Shown here: positions 1-11,768 of the stretch, piece after piece
Position numbering within the stretch: the stretch's first letter is position 1
Layout: every line of letters starts with the position of its first letter
Origin: Anthoceros angustus
Lineage: Eukaryota; Plantae; Anthocerotophyta
DNA: 64,000 nucleotides
Direction: 5' to 3'
Assembly (NCBI GenBank): GCA_010909165.1
Contig: MU008199.1
Span: forward strand, 576,248 to 640,247
The notes under the pieces: model-generated
Databases searched by the model: none
Told to the model about the DNA's origin: nothing
What the model saw: only the letters and a program-made list of their open reading frames with translations
Made by a program: the position numbers and the translations under genes

Positions 1-469
1 AGGCCAAGAGCCCAAGTCCAAGGCCAAGGAGAGGAGGCAAGAAGCCCATACCAAGGAGAGGAATGAGGCTCCAAGGGTGGCCTTTAAGGCCAACCAACCA
101 AGGGAGAAACAAGAGTATTTTACTCTTGGGCCCAGTTCAAGGGATAAGGGAAGGATAGACATGGGTATGTCATCAGTCCATTTGATTTCACTTTCGTCCA
201 AAACTCCTAGTAGGCACCCCATCCAGGTACGATCCAACTGAGTTCTTAGTTCCTTTGCTATCCAACTCACCCAGCTCACTTTTGACAAAATAGCCTGCAG
301 AGTATTTTATGCAATTTTAACATGCATAGATACTTAGAGGTTTCACTAATCACGATCTAAGATAGCGGGTGTGTTAACCTTGATTAAGGGTTTGATCTAG
401 CCACTGCCGGAGTGCATGCCCGACACACTGATCCGGACGGAGCTACCAAGCAAGTCCATCAGAATTCAA

Positions 470-2701
470 GTCCCGACCAAGAGAGAAGTGCTAACACCTC
501 GATTTTGGTAAGGACGCGGAGGAACCCGTGACACAATCAACAATCTTTGAAGGATCCGTGAGTGGCAACACACAAGACACGTGGTGCCGGACAACTCAAG
601 CGAAATGAGGAGGACTTGTCTCTTGGAGTCGTCAAGATGGGAGGAGACAAGGATCGAATGGAGTTGTTCACAGGACGAGCGGCACCTTGCCACCGGAGGA
701 CTTCATCGAGAAGCATGGTGCGGAGATGGAATTGAAGACCGGATACACGAAGCGATACGGCTTCATCCAAATGCCAAGTACTTGGGGATGAAGCATTGGC
801 TATCGCGAGCACAAGGCGAGTTGTTGAGGCATCCGGAGGACCAGTGAGTAGCAAGTTCGAGGAACCAAGGCAGACGGAGCAGGCACCGAGTGGCACGATC
901 CCATCAAGAGATGTTTGACATCTTCCCCGGAGTTTCGCAAGCACGGATGAGAAGATCTCCGAGACACACTTCAAGATGAAGTCGAGATGCGAAGATGGCT
1001 TATCAAGAATCGACCAGCTTGGTACGTGACACCAAGATCATGAGTGACCGACTGCAGAGAAGTACTTGGTGCATTGCCATATGCACGCATGAAGGTGCAA
1101 CAAGCGGTGCACAGACGGGGGCAACACTACACCCTCAAGGAAGTGTAGATGGTCGACAAGATAGGGCCCCTGACACTTTCTCTCGTGTTGTTGCAAGTGA
1201 TTACTCCAAAGACAAGTAGGAGTGGTGGACATGACATGACGCGAGAGGAGTGGAGGAGCTCGGCGAGACAAGCCAGCCCACCCCAAGTGACGAGCCCCGT
1301 GAGGTGCCGGGAGGGACCATTCCCCTCATGAGTGCGAGCTGGAGGAGTCAAGGGTGAGGAGCCATGCCCTAGGTGGGAGGTACGGCACAATGAAGCGGCA
1401 TGTTGGGAGAAGAATTGCGGCTACGGGTTATCGAAAGCAGAACCAATGCATCGCCAACCTCATCCACAAAATCAAGAGCAAAGGCGCCGTGGAGGAGGCA
1501 CTCAAGTCCGTGGACAAAAGAAACGGAAGCATCAAAGAAGACGATGGACAGCACGCACGCCTTGCAAAGCTGGAGAAGGTGAAGGCGAAGATCAAGGAGA
1601 GCAGCATCATCGAGGACGAAGAAGATGAGCACAAGCTTGATACATGCATGAGATCCAAGGGCAGGGAAGAAACCTCTGGCAGCTACGAGAGAAGATAGCT
1701 CAGAGGAAGAAGAGGACGTCTTGACACCTGCAGTGCGGAAGACACGGAAGGAAGCTTCGGATCCTCTTCCGAACCTATGCCAAGATGCCAAAGTCGTTTG
1801 AGCCATTGCCAGAGCAACTGTGGAGCAACATCAAAGTCCAGTGGGCGATGTGGAGAAACCCATGCAGATTGACGAGACGATGGCACAAAAGCTCGGAGAT
1901 GCCATGTTTCCCTACAAGACATGGGGTTGAGCGTGAAGGAAGTCAGGGTTTGACTCCGGATGTTGACAACCCTTGAAGACGAAGCAAGTGAAGATGTGCC
2001 ACAACAGTGCAATGATGTCATTGCCGACCGAGCCAAGCATCTCGTGGAGAAGCGGAATGTCGCAGTGGGAGTGGCTTTGGTCAACAATCGGGAGAGGCAC
2101 ATTGAAATCAATGGATTCGCACCAAGGAGGGTGTTGATTGACACCGAGCACACCGGTGATCGTTGGAAGAAGAGTGAAGGAAGCGTTGGGTCTCCACCAA
2201 GAAAGGTTGAAGGAAACCAAGTGGAAGATCCGCATCACCGGGACCACGAGCATGTGTTGGGGTGACAAGGTACAAGCTGAAGGTTTCATTCAAACCAAGA
2301 ATGCAGACTTCACCTTTGTCGAGGTACACCGCTTGGTCACCGATGCGACATTTGATGTCTTGCGAGCGGACGCTTTGTACAAACCTCGAGTCATGGTGGA
2401 TTTGTGGACGGAGACAGCCTACTATCGATCAGCCGGAGAAGCGGAGCAAAACCGATGAACGGATTGCCCGATCCCTCCGCATGCATGGCAAGGATCATGA
2501 GAACCTCATTGCTCACACCCAAGGTTTGGCGCCAGAGTGAAGGACACGCCATACGTGCTTGAACCTCTTGGCGTGTGTCTAACAACCGCAATCGACCGAT
2601 GGAGGATTTCGACGAGGAGGAGGAAGACAAGCTAGGGTTGCAACCACCCTGAGGAGGTTCTTCAAGTCACCCTGGACGGAGTGGTGGCTCAAGCAGTGAA
2701 T
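470..2701 (+). mobile_element. Ty3/gypsy gag-protease region (frameshifted); 5' part of the DNMT3-carrying element
   Basis: Gag-like frames (..TLPPEDFIEK..; HKIKSKGAVEEALKSV..). Retropepsin motif at ~2127-2175 reconstructs to RVLIDTG(A)QPVIVGRRVKEALGL across small indels. The frame continues into the DNMT3 region once the copia insertion is removed. No 5' LTR could be confirmed. Confidence 0.7.
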
Positions 2702-3005
2702 TGTTAAATATATAACCATCATGGGTTAAATGCCCATAGCTTATTTAGGTTTACGTAATTAGGTTATGACTCATCATTTATTTATGCCTAGGGCTTTAGG
2801 TAGTTAGTTGTTATATTAGTTGCAACAACTTATGGTTGGAACAACTTATGGTTACAACAAACTTGTTGTTGTAACCACCCAACCACCTAGCCTATTTAAA
2901 GGCTTGTACTTTACTCTTGATTATTCATTGAATATACTTGTCATTCATTATCTCTTGCTTTCCTTTGCCTTCCTAACTTAGCTAGGTGCATAAGGATTTT
3001 CCACA
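2702..3005 (+). repeat. 5' LTR of copia element
   Basis: tgttaaatatataacc...ggattttccaca; matches 9384-9682; followed by a tRNA-iMet-type PBS. Confidence 0.95.
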
Positions 3006-3761
3006 TGGTATCGAGGCAGATGCCACGATTTTTGTTCTTTGTGCAATGCCTCGTAGGAGGGACTCCGTGCATCACCACTTATGCGTGAGGTTTTCCCACG
3101 CAACTCTACGTGTAACGGGTTCCTCCAACTTGCAACCATGGAGCCAATATTTTGGCGAATATCGCATTGCATCCGCGCGCATTGGCGAGGCAAGCACAAG
3201 AACGCAGATCGTAATCAGTGAGAGATCGAGAGGAGGCAATATCGGATGAAGAAAATGATGATTATGTCCCGGACTCTAGTGAATCACTATCAAAATTGAT
3301 CAACTATCACTATGGAAGACTTGATGTTGAATTTCTCAATTGATTGCAAGACAAGATCTCTTTCTCACAGCCCTGCATGATATGGAGAAGAGATTGCAGC
3401 ATAGCATTAATCAATGCACCAAGGATATAAGTGATGGTGTATTTGCAACCCAACATTTGATCCAATTATTTATGCAACAATCAGATTTGAAGAAATTGAA
3501 ATAATCAAAAGCCACGATGATATTGTTCTTTGACTTCTGCTGGCGTGGAGGGATGATTGATTGCGGTGCATTGCTTGGGAGCCCACTTCTATCACGCTGG
3601 AGCAAGAAATTGCTTGTTTTTTGCTTGAGATTTGCTGCAAATCTGCAATTCTTTGCTGCCCAATTTCTTTGTTGCCAATAGGTAGTTATAAAAAAAAAAA
3701 AAACAGTTATTATAACCACCTCCCCTGCCACCAGAAAATTCACATGAATTTTCTTATTAGT

Positions 3762-3905
3762 TTTTAGGGCACCCTTCGTTTTAGGGCACGTTTCAGATTT
3801 TAAGATAGTTTTTGGATTTTAGGGCACCTTCGTTTTAGGGCACGTTTCAGATTTGAAGTTAGTTTTTTGGATTTTAGGGCACCCTTTATATTTTTTAGGG
3901 CACCC
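3762..3905 (+). repeat. Six TTTAGGGCAC motifs in the copia 5' leader (~55-bp higher-order repeat)
   Basis: ttttagggcac repeated six times within ~140 bp. Confidence 0.8.
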
Positions 3906-6900
3906 TTCACATTTAGGCAGTTACCTAGATATGAATCTCCCACACATTTTCTATTGACTCGTAGACATCTCTCTTGTAGCAGTCCTACTATAGTTCTGTT
4001 CACTTGACATTCTGAACCTGCCATGGCAACACCTTCATTCACATCTGATATCAAGGACAAAGACCGCTTCAATGGGACGAGATTTGACATTTGGAAGGTC
4101 CGTATGAAGACTACCTTGGTAGCTCGTGGCGTTTGGAGTGTTGTTGATGGCTCCTATCTGGACCCGTGTCCCCGTGCACAAGGAGGCTCGCTGCAAATGT
4201 TACTGTCGACAAGGACAAGTGGGATGGTTTCAATCGCATCGCCATTGCTCTTTTGGTTAACGGCTTGATGCCGACCTTATTCTCGAACCGAATACTTGAC
4301 TAAAGCCAAGGATATATGGGATCAATTATCAAATACTAACATGACCTTTTGTGCACCGCCTTGAACTTTGCAGCCTGCGCATGAGAGATGGTGAGTCCGT
4401 GTCACATCATGTTAGCAAGTTTCGACGCTTGCGATCCCAACTCAATGCACTTGGGAGTCCTATGACTGAAGCTGACGCAGTGGCACAATTTCTGGTCAGC
4501 CTTCCCGCAAGCTATCAAACTTTTGTCACTACTCAGAATATGCCCATTGCTCTTCCTGGGCAGTCCCTTCCCACTGGAACTCCAACCCCTTCGCTGGAGG
4601 CTGTTGTGGGAGCCCTATACCAAGAAGAACAGACACGACTTATGAGAGGGCAGCAAAAGCAACACAAAACCGACAAAGTTTTTTCAGCAACTAGAGGCAG
4701 AGGCAGAGGAAGGGGGAGAAATCTGAATCAACGTGCTGGCCCCGGTTCTTACACACCTGGCAACACTGGTTCATCTTCCTCTACTCAGAAACGGCAAGGT
4801 ACATGCAATTGGTGGTACTCGGTCATTGGGCACGGAATGCCTAAGAAGAAAGTGGCGAGCCTCAACGGGCTTTTTCTCGACCCTCCGCACACATGACCAC
4901 ACAACAAGCAGTCAAGATAGAGCCCTCAACAACATCCACAATTCAAGCCAAGAGTGAAGATTCTTCTTGTCTTAATAACACTTTGACGAGTGAGGTGGAT
5001 TGGTGGTTTTGGACTCGCAGGCCACGGCCCATATCTCGGATGCATCTCTCTTTACCGCTTTGACACTATCACAATCACGAAAAGGTATACTTGGGTGATG
5101 AGAGTGGGGAGTAGTCTTGGATCCTTGGTAGAGGAGTGCAGAAGTTTCTACCACGATAGTGTGTTAGTTCTTCCCGACGCCTTGTATGTACCAAAGATGG
5201 CTAAGAATTTGATGTCACTTAGCAAATTGATGAAGATGAAGGATCTAGTCCTTGCCTCGGGATGACGCTTGTTGTTTCTCTAGACGTAGTGCTCCAAACA
5301 TTTGTATCTTCAAAGCCTTTGTAGATCAATTGTACCGTCTAGACATTTTCTCGCCTCACCGAGAAGCATTTTCTACTACGCTTGGCAGGGCAGTGGCATG
5401 CACGCCTTGGCCATGCTAACAGAACTAAACTCATTGATATCTCTAAGCAGGACTACTATCGTGAGCCTCTTCCACGTTGTTTTAATGAGCTCCCCATTTG
5501 TGAAGTTTGCACTCTTGCCAAGCAACGAGAGACTCCCTTTCCAAGAGCACCTGCACACAGGTCAACATCAGTCCTCGACTTAGTGCATTCAGACATATCA
5601 GGCAGGCTACAAACTCAGTCACTAGGTGGTGCAACCTATTATTTGACATTAACTGACGACTATAGCCGGTATACGTGGACATACCCTATGCATCATAAGA
5701 GTGATACATTTTCTATCTTCAAGGATTGGTTAACCATGGTGCGGTAAAGCGGTCGCTTGCTAAAGCTTTTCGGGTGACAACGGTGGTGAATTTGTGAGCC
5801 ATGCCTTCCGGAGTTCTGGCCAAGGCATTATTCCTTATCGTTCCATATACCCGAAATGGGGTGAGCGAAAGAATCAAACATTGATGGGAATGGCGAGATC
5901 AATGCTCTTGTGGTCGATTACCTTCTCCATATTGGGCGTGTCGAATTTACTACATATACTCAGACTTCCATCACATTCATCCACAGACGCCTTTTGAGAG
6001 ATTACGAAGAAGAAAACCAAGTATCATGCATCTTCGCATCTTTGGTTCAGCTTATGCATACATACCGAGAGAAGGCGAACTCGACAATCGTTCAAAGGGG
6101 TTAGTATTTGTTGGATAAATTGCTAAAGCCTACAAACTCATTGATGCGCAGACACCTTACACCAAGAGTAGCAAGGAGTGTGACCTTCTCGAGACATTGG
6201 AGCCACCAATCACGGGGGACGGCTTTTGCTCAACATGATGGTAACTTGACATTGCAGAGGAACATTCGACTACCCCGATGATGTTGATGGAATCTTGCTC
6301 GGATATTCCACAGCTTTTACATCCCGTGCGCCTCATTCACCCACCAATTCCAGTGTACGACCAACGGATCTTGATCCTCCGATTCGATGCACAAGTAGAT
6401 GCACTGCCGATGCTGAAAATTCGGATCATGAACAACACGAGAACCCGGAAAATCATGTAGACTCGATCAACCTAAGATTCTTCTCATGCCTCACGATTAC
6501 GTGAGAATGACCATTTACCCAAGAGAATGCTCCTCAACGGTGCCGATCCACCGTGTGCATCGTCCTCCATCCGAATGGATAGAGCCCCTTACACATCCAT
6601 CGACTTTCGCCGTCGTGGGAGTTTGCACACCCTCACAATGCCTCCTTGCCTATCATCCCTCCACTGCTCACCCTCAAAGAAGCATTTTCTACTACGCTTG
6701 GCAGGGCAGTGGCATGCACGCCTTGGCCATGCTAATGTAACTAAACTCATTGATATCTCTAAGCGGGACTACTATCGTGAGCCTCTTCCACGTTGTTTTA
6801 ATGAGCTCCCCATTTGTGAAGTTTGCACTCTTGCCAAGCAACGAGACTCCCTTTCCAAGAGCACCGCAGTGTCAACATCGCCTCGACTTAGTGCATTCGT

Positions 6901-9383
6901 ATATATCGTGCTACAAACTCGGTCACTAGGTGGTGCAACCTATTATTTGACATTAATCGACAACTATAGCCGATACGGACATACCCTATGCATCATAAGA
7001 GTGATACATTTTCTATCTTCAAGGATTGGTTAACCATGGTGCGCTAAACGGTCGCTAAAAGCTTTCAGATCGACAACGGTGGTGAATTTGTCACCATGCC
7101 TTCACGGAGTTCTGACCGGCCAAGGCATTATTCATCGCCTTATCGCTCCATATACCCAACAAAGAAATGGGGTCGCAGCTAAAGAATCAAACATTGATGG
7201 GAATGACGAGATCAATGCTCTTGTGGTCGGGATTACCTTCTCCATATTGGCGTGTCGAACTACATATATACTCAACAGACTTCCATCACATTCCCCTCGA
7301 CGCACGCCTTTTGAGAGATTCGAAGAGAAAACCAAGTATCATGCATCTTCGCATCTTTGGTTCGAAAGCTTATGCATACATACCGCCGAGAGAAGGCGTA
7401 AACTCAAATCGTTCAAAGGGGTTAGTATTTGTTGGTACAATAAATTGCTAAAGCCTACAAACTCATTGATGCGAGACACCTTACAGCCCAATCAGAAAAG
7501 TGAGTGACCTTTCGAGACATTGGAGCCACCAATCAGGGACAGTTTTGCTCGCTCAACATGATGGTAACTTGACATTCGCAGAGGAACATTCTGACTACCC
7601 TGATGATGTTGATGGAGATACTGCTCCAGATATTCCACCCTTGCAACCTGTACATCCCGCTGTGCTGCCTCACCAGCCTCAGAACCCACCAATTCCAGTA
7701 GCCCCTGACCAACCAGCAGATCTTGATCCTCCAATTGCTGATGCACAAGTAGATGCACCTGCTGCCGATGCTGAAAATTCAGATCATGAACAACCTGAGA
7801 ACCCAGAAAATCATGTAGACTCAGAGTCTGAACCTCAGTTCTTCTCATGCCTGATTACTGGCGAGAATGACCATTTACGAAGAGAATGCTCTCAACCCAA
7901 GGCCGATCCACCAGCATCGCCCCTCCATCCGAATGGATAGAGCCCCTTACACATCCATCGACTTCGCAAGTCGTTGGGAGTTTGCACACCGCATCACAAT
8001 GCCTCCTGCCTATCATCCTCTCGAACTCACCCTCAAAGAAGCATGTCAGTCGATAGGGATAAGTGGAAGTACGCAGTGGATGATGAATTTAATAGCCTCA
8101 CATGAATGGTACCGGAAACTTGTTCCTCGACCAAAGGCGTAAACCCATAACATGCAAATGGGTATTTAAGCATAAATTAGATGCTAATGGCAACATAGCA
8201 AGATATAAGCGAGGCTCTGCACGTGGGTTCACGCAAATACCGTCCGGACTTTCAAGAGACCTTCTCCGTGGTACGCTCTCAATCAATCCGTCTTATGCTT
8301 GCTTTAGCCGGCGTGATTTTGAGCTGCAGATGGATGTGAAAACGGCCTTCTTGCATGGAATTTTGGAGGAAGAGCTGTATATGGAACAGCCCGAAGGATA
8401 CAAAGATCCTGATCATCCAGACTATGTATGTCAGCTTATCAAATGCATATATGGTCTTAAACAAAGCGCAGAGCGTTGGAATGCAAGTTTGGATACATGC
8501 GAAGGGCTGGGCCGCGAGCCCCGCTGATCCCTCTCGCTTATATCTATGATGATGGCACCTCCTATGTAGTCGCTTGCCGTTTATGTTGATGATGCAATCT
8601 CTTGCAATGACACACAATCTAGCACGAGTACAAGACATCTGAATCGAGTTTGAAATAGCGGATGTTGGGGAAATTTTGTCTTGGAATTCAAGTGTTGAGG
8701 ATACGTGAAGAGGGCCTGTTGATCATACACCGCAAGTATATTTCGTAAATCCTTCAACGCTCAATATGACCAATGCACATCCCGCCAATACACCTTGTGC
8801 AAGTGGGTGAAGCTCACCAAAGTCAGCCCTGCCTCGACGGACATTCTTGATATGAAAGATGTTCCCTCACGCAGCTTGGCGGTTTGCTATTTGAGCAATT
8901 GACCCGCGATATCACATATGTCGTTAACACAGTTCTGGAATGCCCGCCGTAATCACTGGGCCGCCATCAAGCGAGTATTTCGTTATTTGAAGGAACACAT
9001 CATTATGGCTTATGCTACAAGAGAACAGAGTGACACCTACCTTGGCCGGGACAGCAGGGCATCCGATGGGGATACACGCAGAGCTTGTCAACATATGTGT
9101 TCTTCTTATCCTCTAGTGCTACATGGAGTTGTAAGAACAGCAAGATCGCCTTTCAAGTAATCAAGTCAATACAAATGCCTTACAGAGGTCAAAGCGAAGA
9201 AGCTGAGTGGGCACGTTCCTTCCTCTCCCTGCGGAGCGCTCACCTCCTTGTCACTTGCTTCACTTGCTTCCGTTCATCTCCGCTTGGGTGTACAAGGCAA
9301 CGGAACCAAGCTTATGACCGAGAATTTTGGATAAGACTTTATTGAAAGTAGATTTTGATTTAACCGTCGAGGTTAAGTGGGAG

Positions 9384-9682
9384 TGTTAAATATATAACCA
9401 TCAGGGTTAAATGCCCATAGCTTATTTAGGTTTACGTAATTAGGTTATGACTCATCATTTATTTATGCCTAGGGCTTTAGGTAGTTAGTTGTTATATAGT
9501 TGCAACAACTTATGGTTGAATAACTTATGGTTACAACAAACTTGTTGTTGTAACCACCCAACCACCTAGCCTATTTAAAGGCTTGTACTTTACTCTTGAT
9601 TATTCATTGAATATACTTAGTCATTCATTATCTCTTGCTTTCCTTTGCCTTCCTAACTTAGCTAGGTGCAGGATTTTCCACA
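9384..9682 (+). repeat. 3' LTR of copia element
   Basis: Direct repeat of 2702-3005, preceded by a polypurine tract. Confidence 0.95.
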
Positions 9683-10335
9683 AGAATGAGCCGTGCAAAA
9701 GCCGTGGAGGATGGTGCAAGAGGACCGATGTCCTATGAGCCGGAGAAGCCCATGAAGTTCTTGCCTAGGGTTGAGCTGTTTGTGACCTAAACACCAAGGT
9801 CATCACATGGCGACCTCGGGAAAAGCGGCATAGTGCTCGTGGAACTCTTTGGGCATCGATCTGGCTTGGCGTGCTAAAGTGTATGCATCAAAGTGCGAAG
9901 ATACGTGCATTGTGACCGGATCCAAAAGCAAGGTTGTGTCACGAGCGTAAGAGACTTGATGGGGAGTACCCTAACCTCTTGGCGGGAGTCGGTGAAGGGT
10001 TACGGCGATGGATGTTCGCATGATAGGGTTGTCCCATTTGAGTTGTCTTGGGCAACGGTGGACCTTGTCGCGCGGTTGGGAGTGTCAGACTATCCTCTGC
10101 AGCAGGGTCAAGGTCAGGATCCTGACGGCATTGTTCTCGACTGATGGGGATCTTGCGCGCGATCCGGAAAGGGCAAGAAAGGCCTTGTGGATACATGTTG
10201 GAGAATGTGCCGGCATGCATGCGTGAAGAAGCAAGTCCGGAGAGTTTTGCCACGATCCAGTGTTGGGTCCGGGAGCTTCTATTGGATGCGACTCAATTTG
10301 GTTGAGGCCTAGCATCGCCTCCACCTTGGTGGCAT
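9683..10335 (+). pseudogene. DNMT3-like C5-cytosine methyltransferase domain (motifs I-VIII), retrotransposon-encoded, frameshifted
   Basis: Reconstructed across indels using the four local copies: motif I IVLVELFGGI.SGL..VLKYGIKVRRYVHCD (9830-9915); motif IV VDLVIAGWECQ (10058-10090, catalytic Cys present); motif VI RPCGYMLENVP (10180-10212); motif VIII LLLDATQFGSRA.HRLHLWW (10275-10335). Order and spacing parallel DNMT3 (VLSLFDGI..GL..L.DLGI.V.RY; DLVIGGSPC; FENV; DA..V..AHRARYFW). Confidence 0.85.
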
Positions 10336-11768
10336 GCGGCGATCCCGTCGCCTTCGATGGAGGCGTGCTAGGCCTCGAACCAAATTGAGTGCATCCAATA
10401 GAAGCCCCCGACCCGGCCTCCTCGGATCGTGGCAAAATCCTCCTGGACTTGCTTCTTCACGCTCATGCATGCCGGCACATTCTCCAACATGTATCCACAA
10501 GGCCTTCTTGCTCTTCTCGGATCGCAAGATCCATCAATCGTAACAATCGTCGTGATCCTTCCGAACCTGACCTTGCTGCGAAGATAGTCGTGTTGCAACC
10601 CTGCAATGATCCAGGCCAAGATAACTCATTTAACCTTTCATCCATCGGCCGACCGCCAGCTCCCATCAGGCGTCTCTACATGTTCCTTGCTTTTGGATCC
10701 GGTCACAATGCACGTATCTTTGCCACTCACCGCCCAAGCCGCTGGCTCCAAAGAGTTCCACGAGCACTGTGGGCGATTGGAGCATCGATCTGGCTTGGGC
10801 AGTGCTAAAGTATGACATCAAAGTGCGAGACGTGCATTGTGACCGGATCCAAAAGCAAGTTGTGTCACGAGCGTAAGAGACTTGATGGGGAGTACCTAAC
10901 CTCTTGGCGTGGAGTCGGTGAAGGGTTACAGTGGCTGGCCGATGGATGTTCGCATGATAAGGTTGTCCCATTTGAGTTGTCTTGGGCAACGGTGGACCTT
11001 GTCATCGCGGTTGGGAGTGTCACTATCCTCTGCAGCAGGTCAAGGTGAAGGATCCTGACGGCATTGTTCTACGACGATGAGGATCTTGCGGCGTCCGAGA
11101 AAGGGCAAGAAAGGCCTTGTGGATACATGTTGGAGAATGTGCCGGCATGCATGATGAAGAGCAAGTCCGGAGAGTTTTGCCACGATCAGGGTGTTGGGTC
11201 AGCTTCTGGATGCTCAATTTGGTGCCTAGCATCGCCTCCACCTTGGTGGCATGCGAGATCCCGCCGCCTTCGAGAGGCGTGCTAGGCCTCGAACCAAATT
11301 GAGTGCATCCAATAGAAGCCCCCGACCAAAGACTCCTCGGATCGTGGCAAAATCCTCCGGACTTGCTTCTTCACGCTCATGCATGCCGGCACATTCTCCA
11401 ACATGTATCCACAAGGCCTTCTTGCTTCTCGGATCGCGCAAGATCCTCATCAGAGAACAATCCGTGATCCTTCGACCTGACCCTTGCCTGCAGAGGATAG
11501 TCAACATACTCCCAACTCGCAATGACAATCCATCGGCCAAGACAACTCAAATGGACAACCTATCATGCGAATAACATCCATCGCCAGCACTCCTCGTAAC
11601 CCTTCACCGACTCCCATCAAGAGGTTAGGTACTCCCCCATCAAGTCTCTACGCCTCGTGACATAATCTTGCTGGATCCGGTCACAATGCACGATCTCGCA
11701 CTTTTGATGCCACATTTAGCACCGCCCGCTTCGATCGATGCCTCCAAAGAGTTCCACGAGCACTATGT
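9830..11768. repeat. Fold-back array A-A'-A-A' of the DNMT3 motif I-VIII segment
   Basis: Four ~450-500-bp arms alternate in strand. Turn points lie at ~10345, ~10775 and ~11265, and nearly the same loop sequence appears at 10310-10375 and 11226-11290. Confidence 0.9.

Larger units (their letters stand above)
2702..9682 (+). mobile_element. Full-length Ty1/copia LTR retrotransposon (frameshifted, internal tandem duplication)
   Basis: Near-identical TG..CA LTRs at 2702-3005 and 9384-9682. PBS tggtatcgaggc at 3006. Gag MATPSF..RFNGTRFDIWKVRMK (4023); zinc knuckle ~4800; protease WVLDS(Q)ATAHI ~4998; GAG-pre-integrase QWHARLGHAN; integrase; RT CKWVFKHK..QMDVKTAFLHG (8150-8400); PPT aagtgggag 9375-9383. 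Flanks tgaat/agaat are a probable 5-bp TSD with one mismatch. Confidence 0.95.

Noticed and set aside
1-465. 5' LTR and PBS of the DNMT3-Ty3 element
   Set aside because: Plausible by position, but there is no matching second LTR in the window and no clear PBS.
3762-3905. Interstitial telomere array
   Set aside because: TTTAGGG units are isolated and always followed by CAC; there are no tandem telomeric repeats.
9683-10335. Host DNMT3/DRM gene rather than a transposon domain
   Set aside because: No introns and no UBA/PWWP domains are visible; the domain is flanked by gypsy protease here and by the gypsy pre-RT segment in the second copy.
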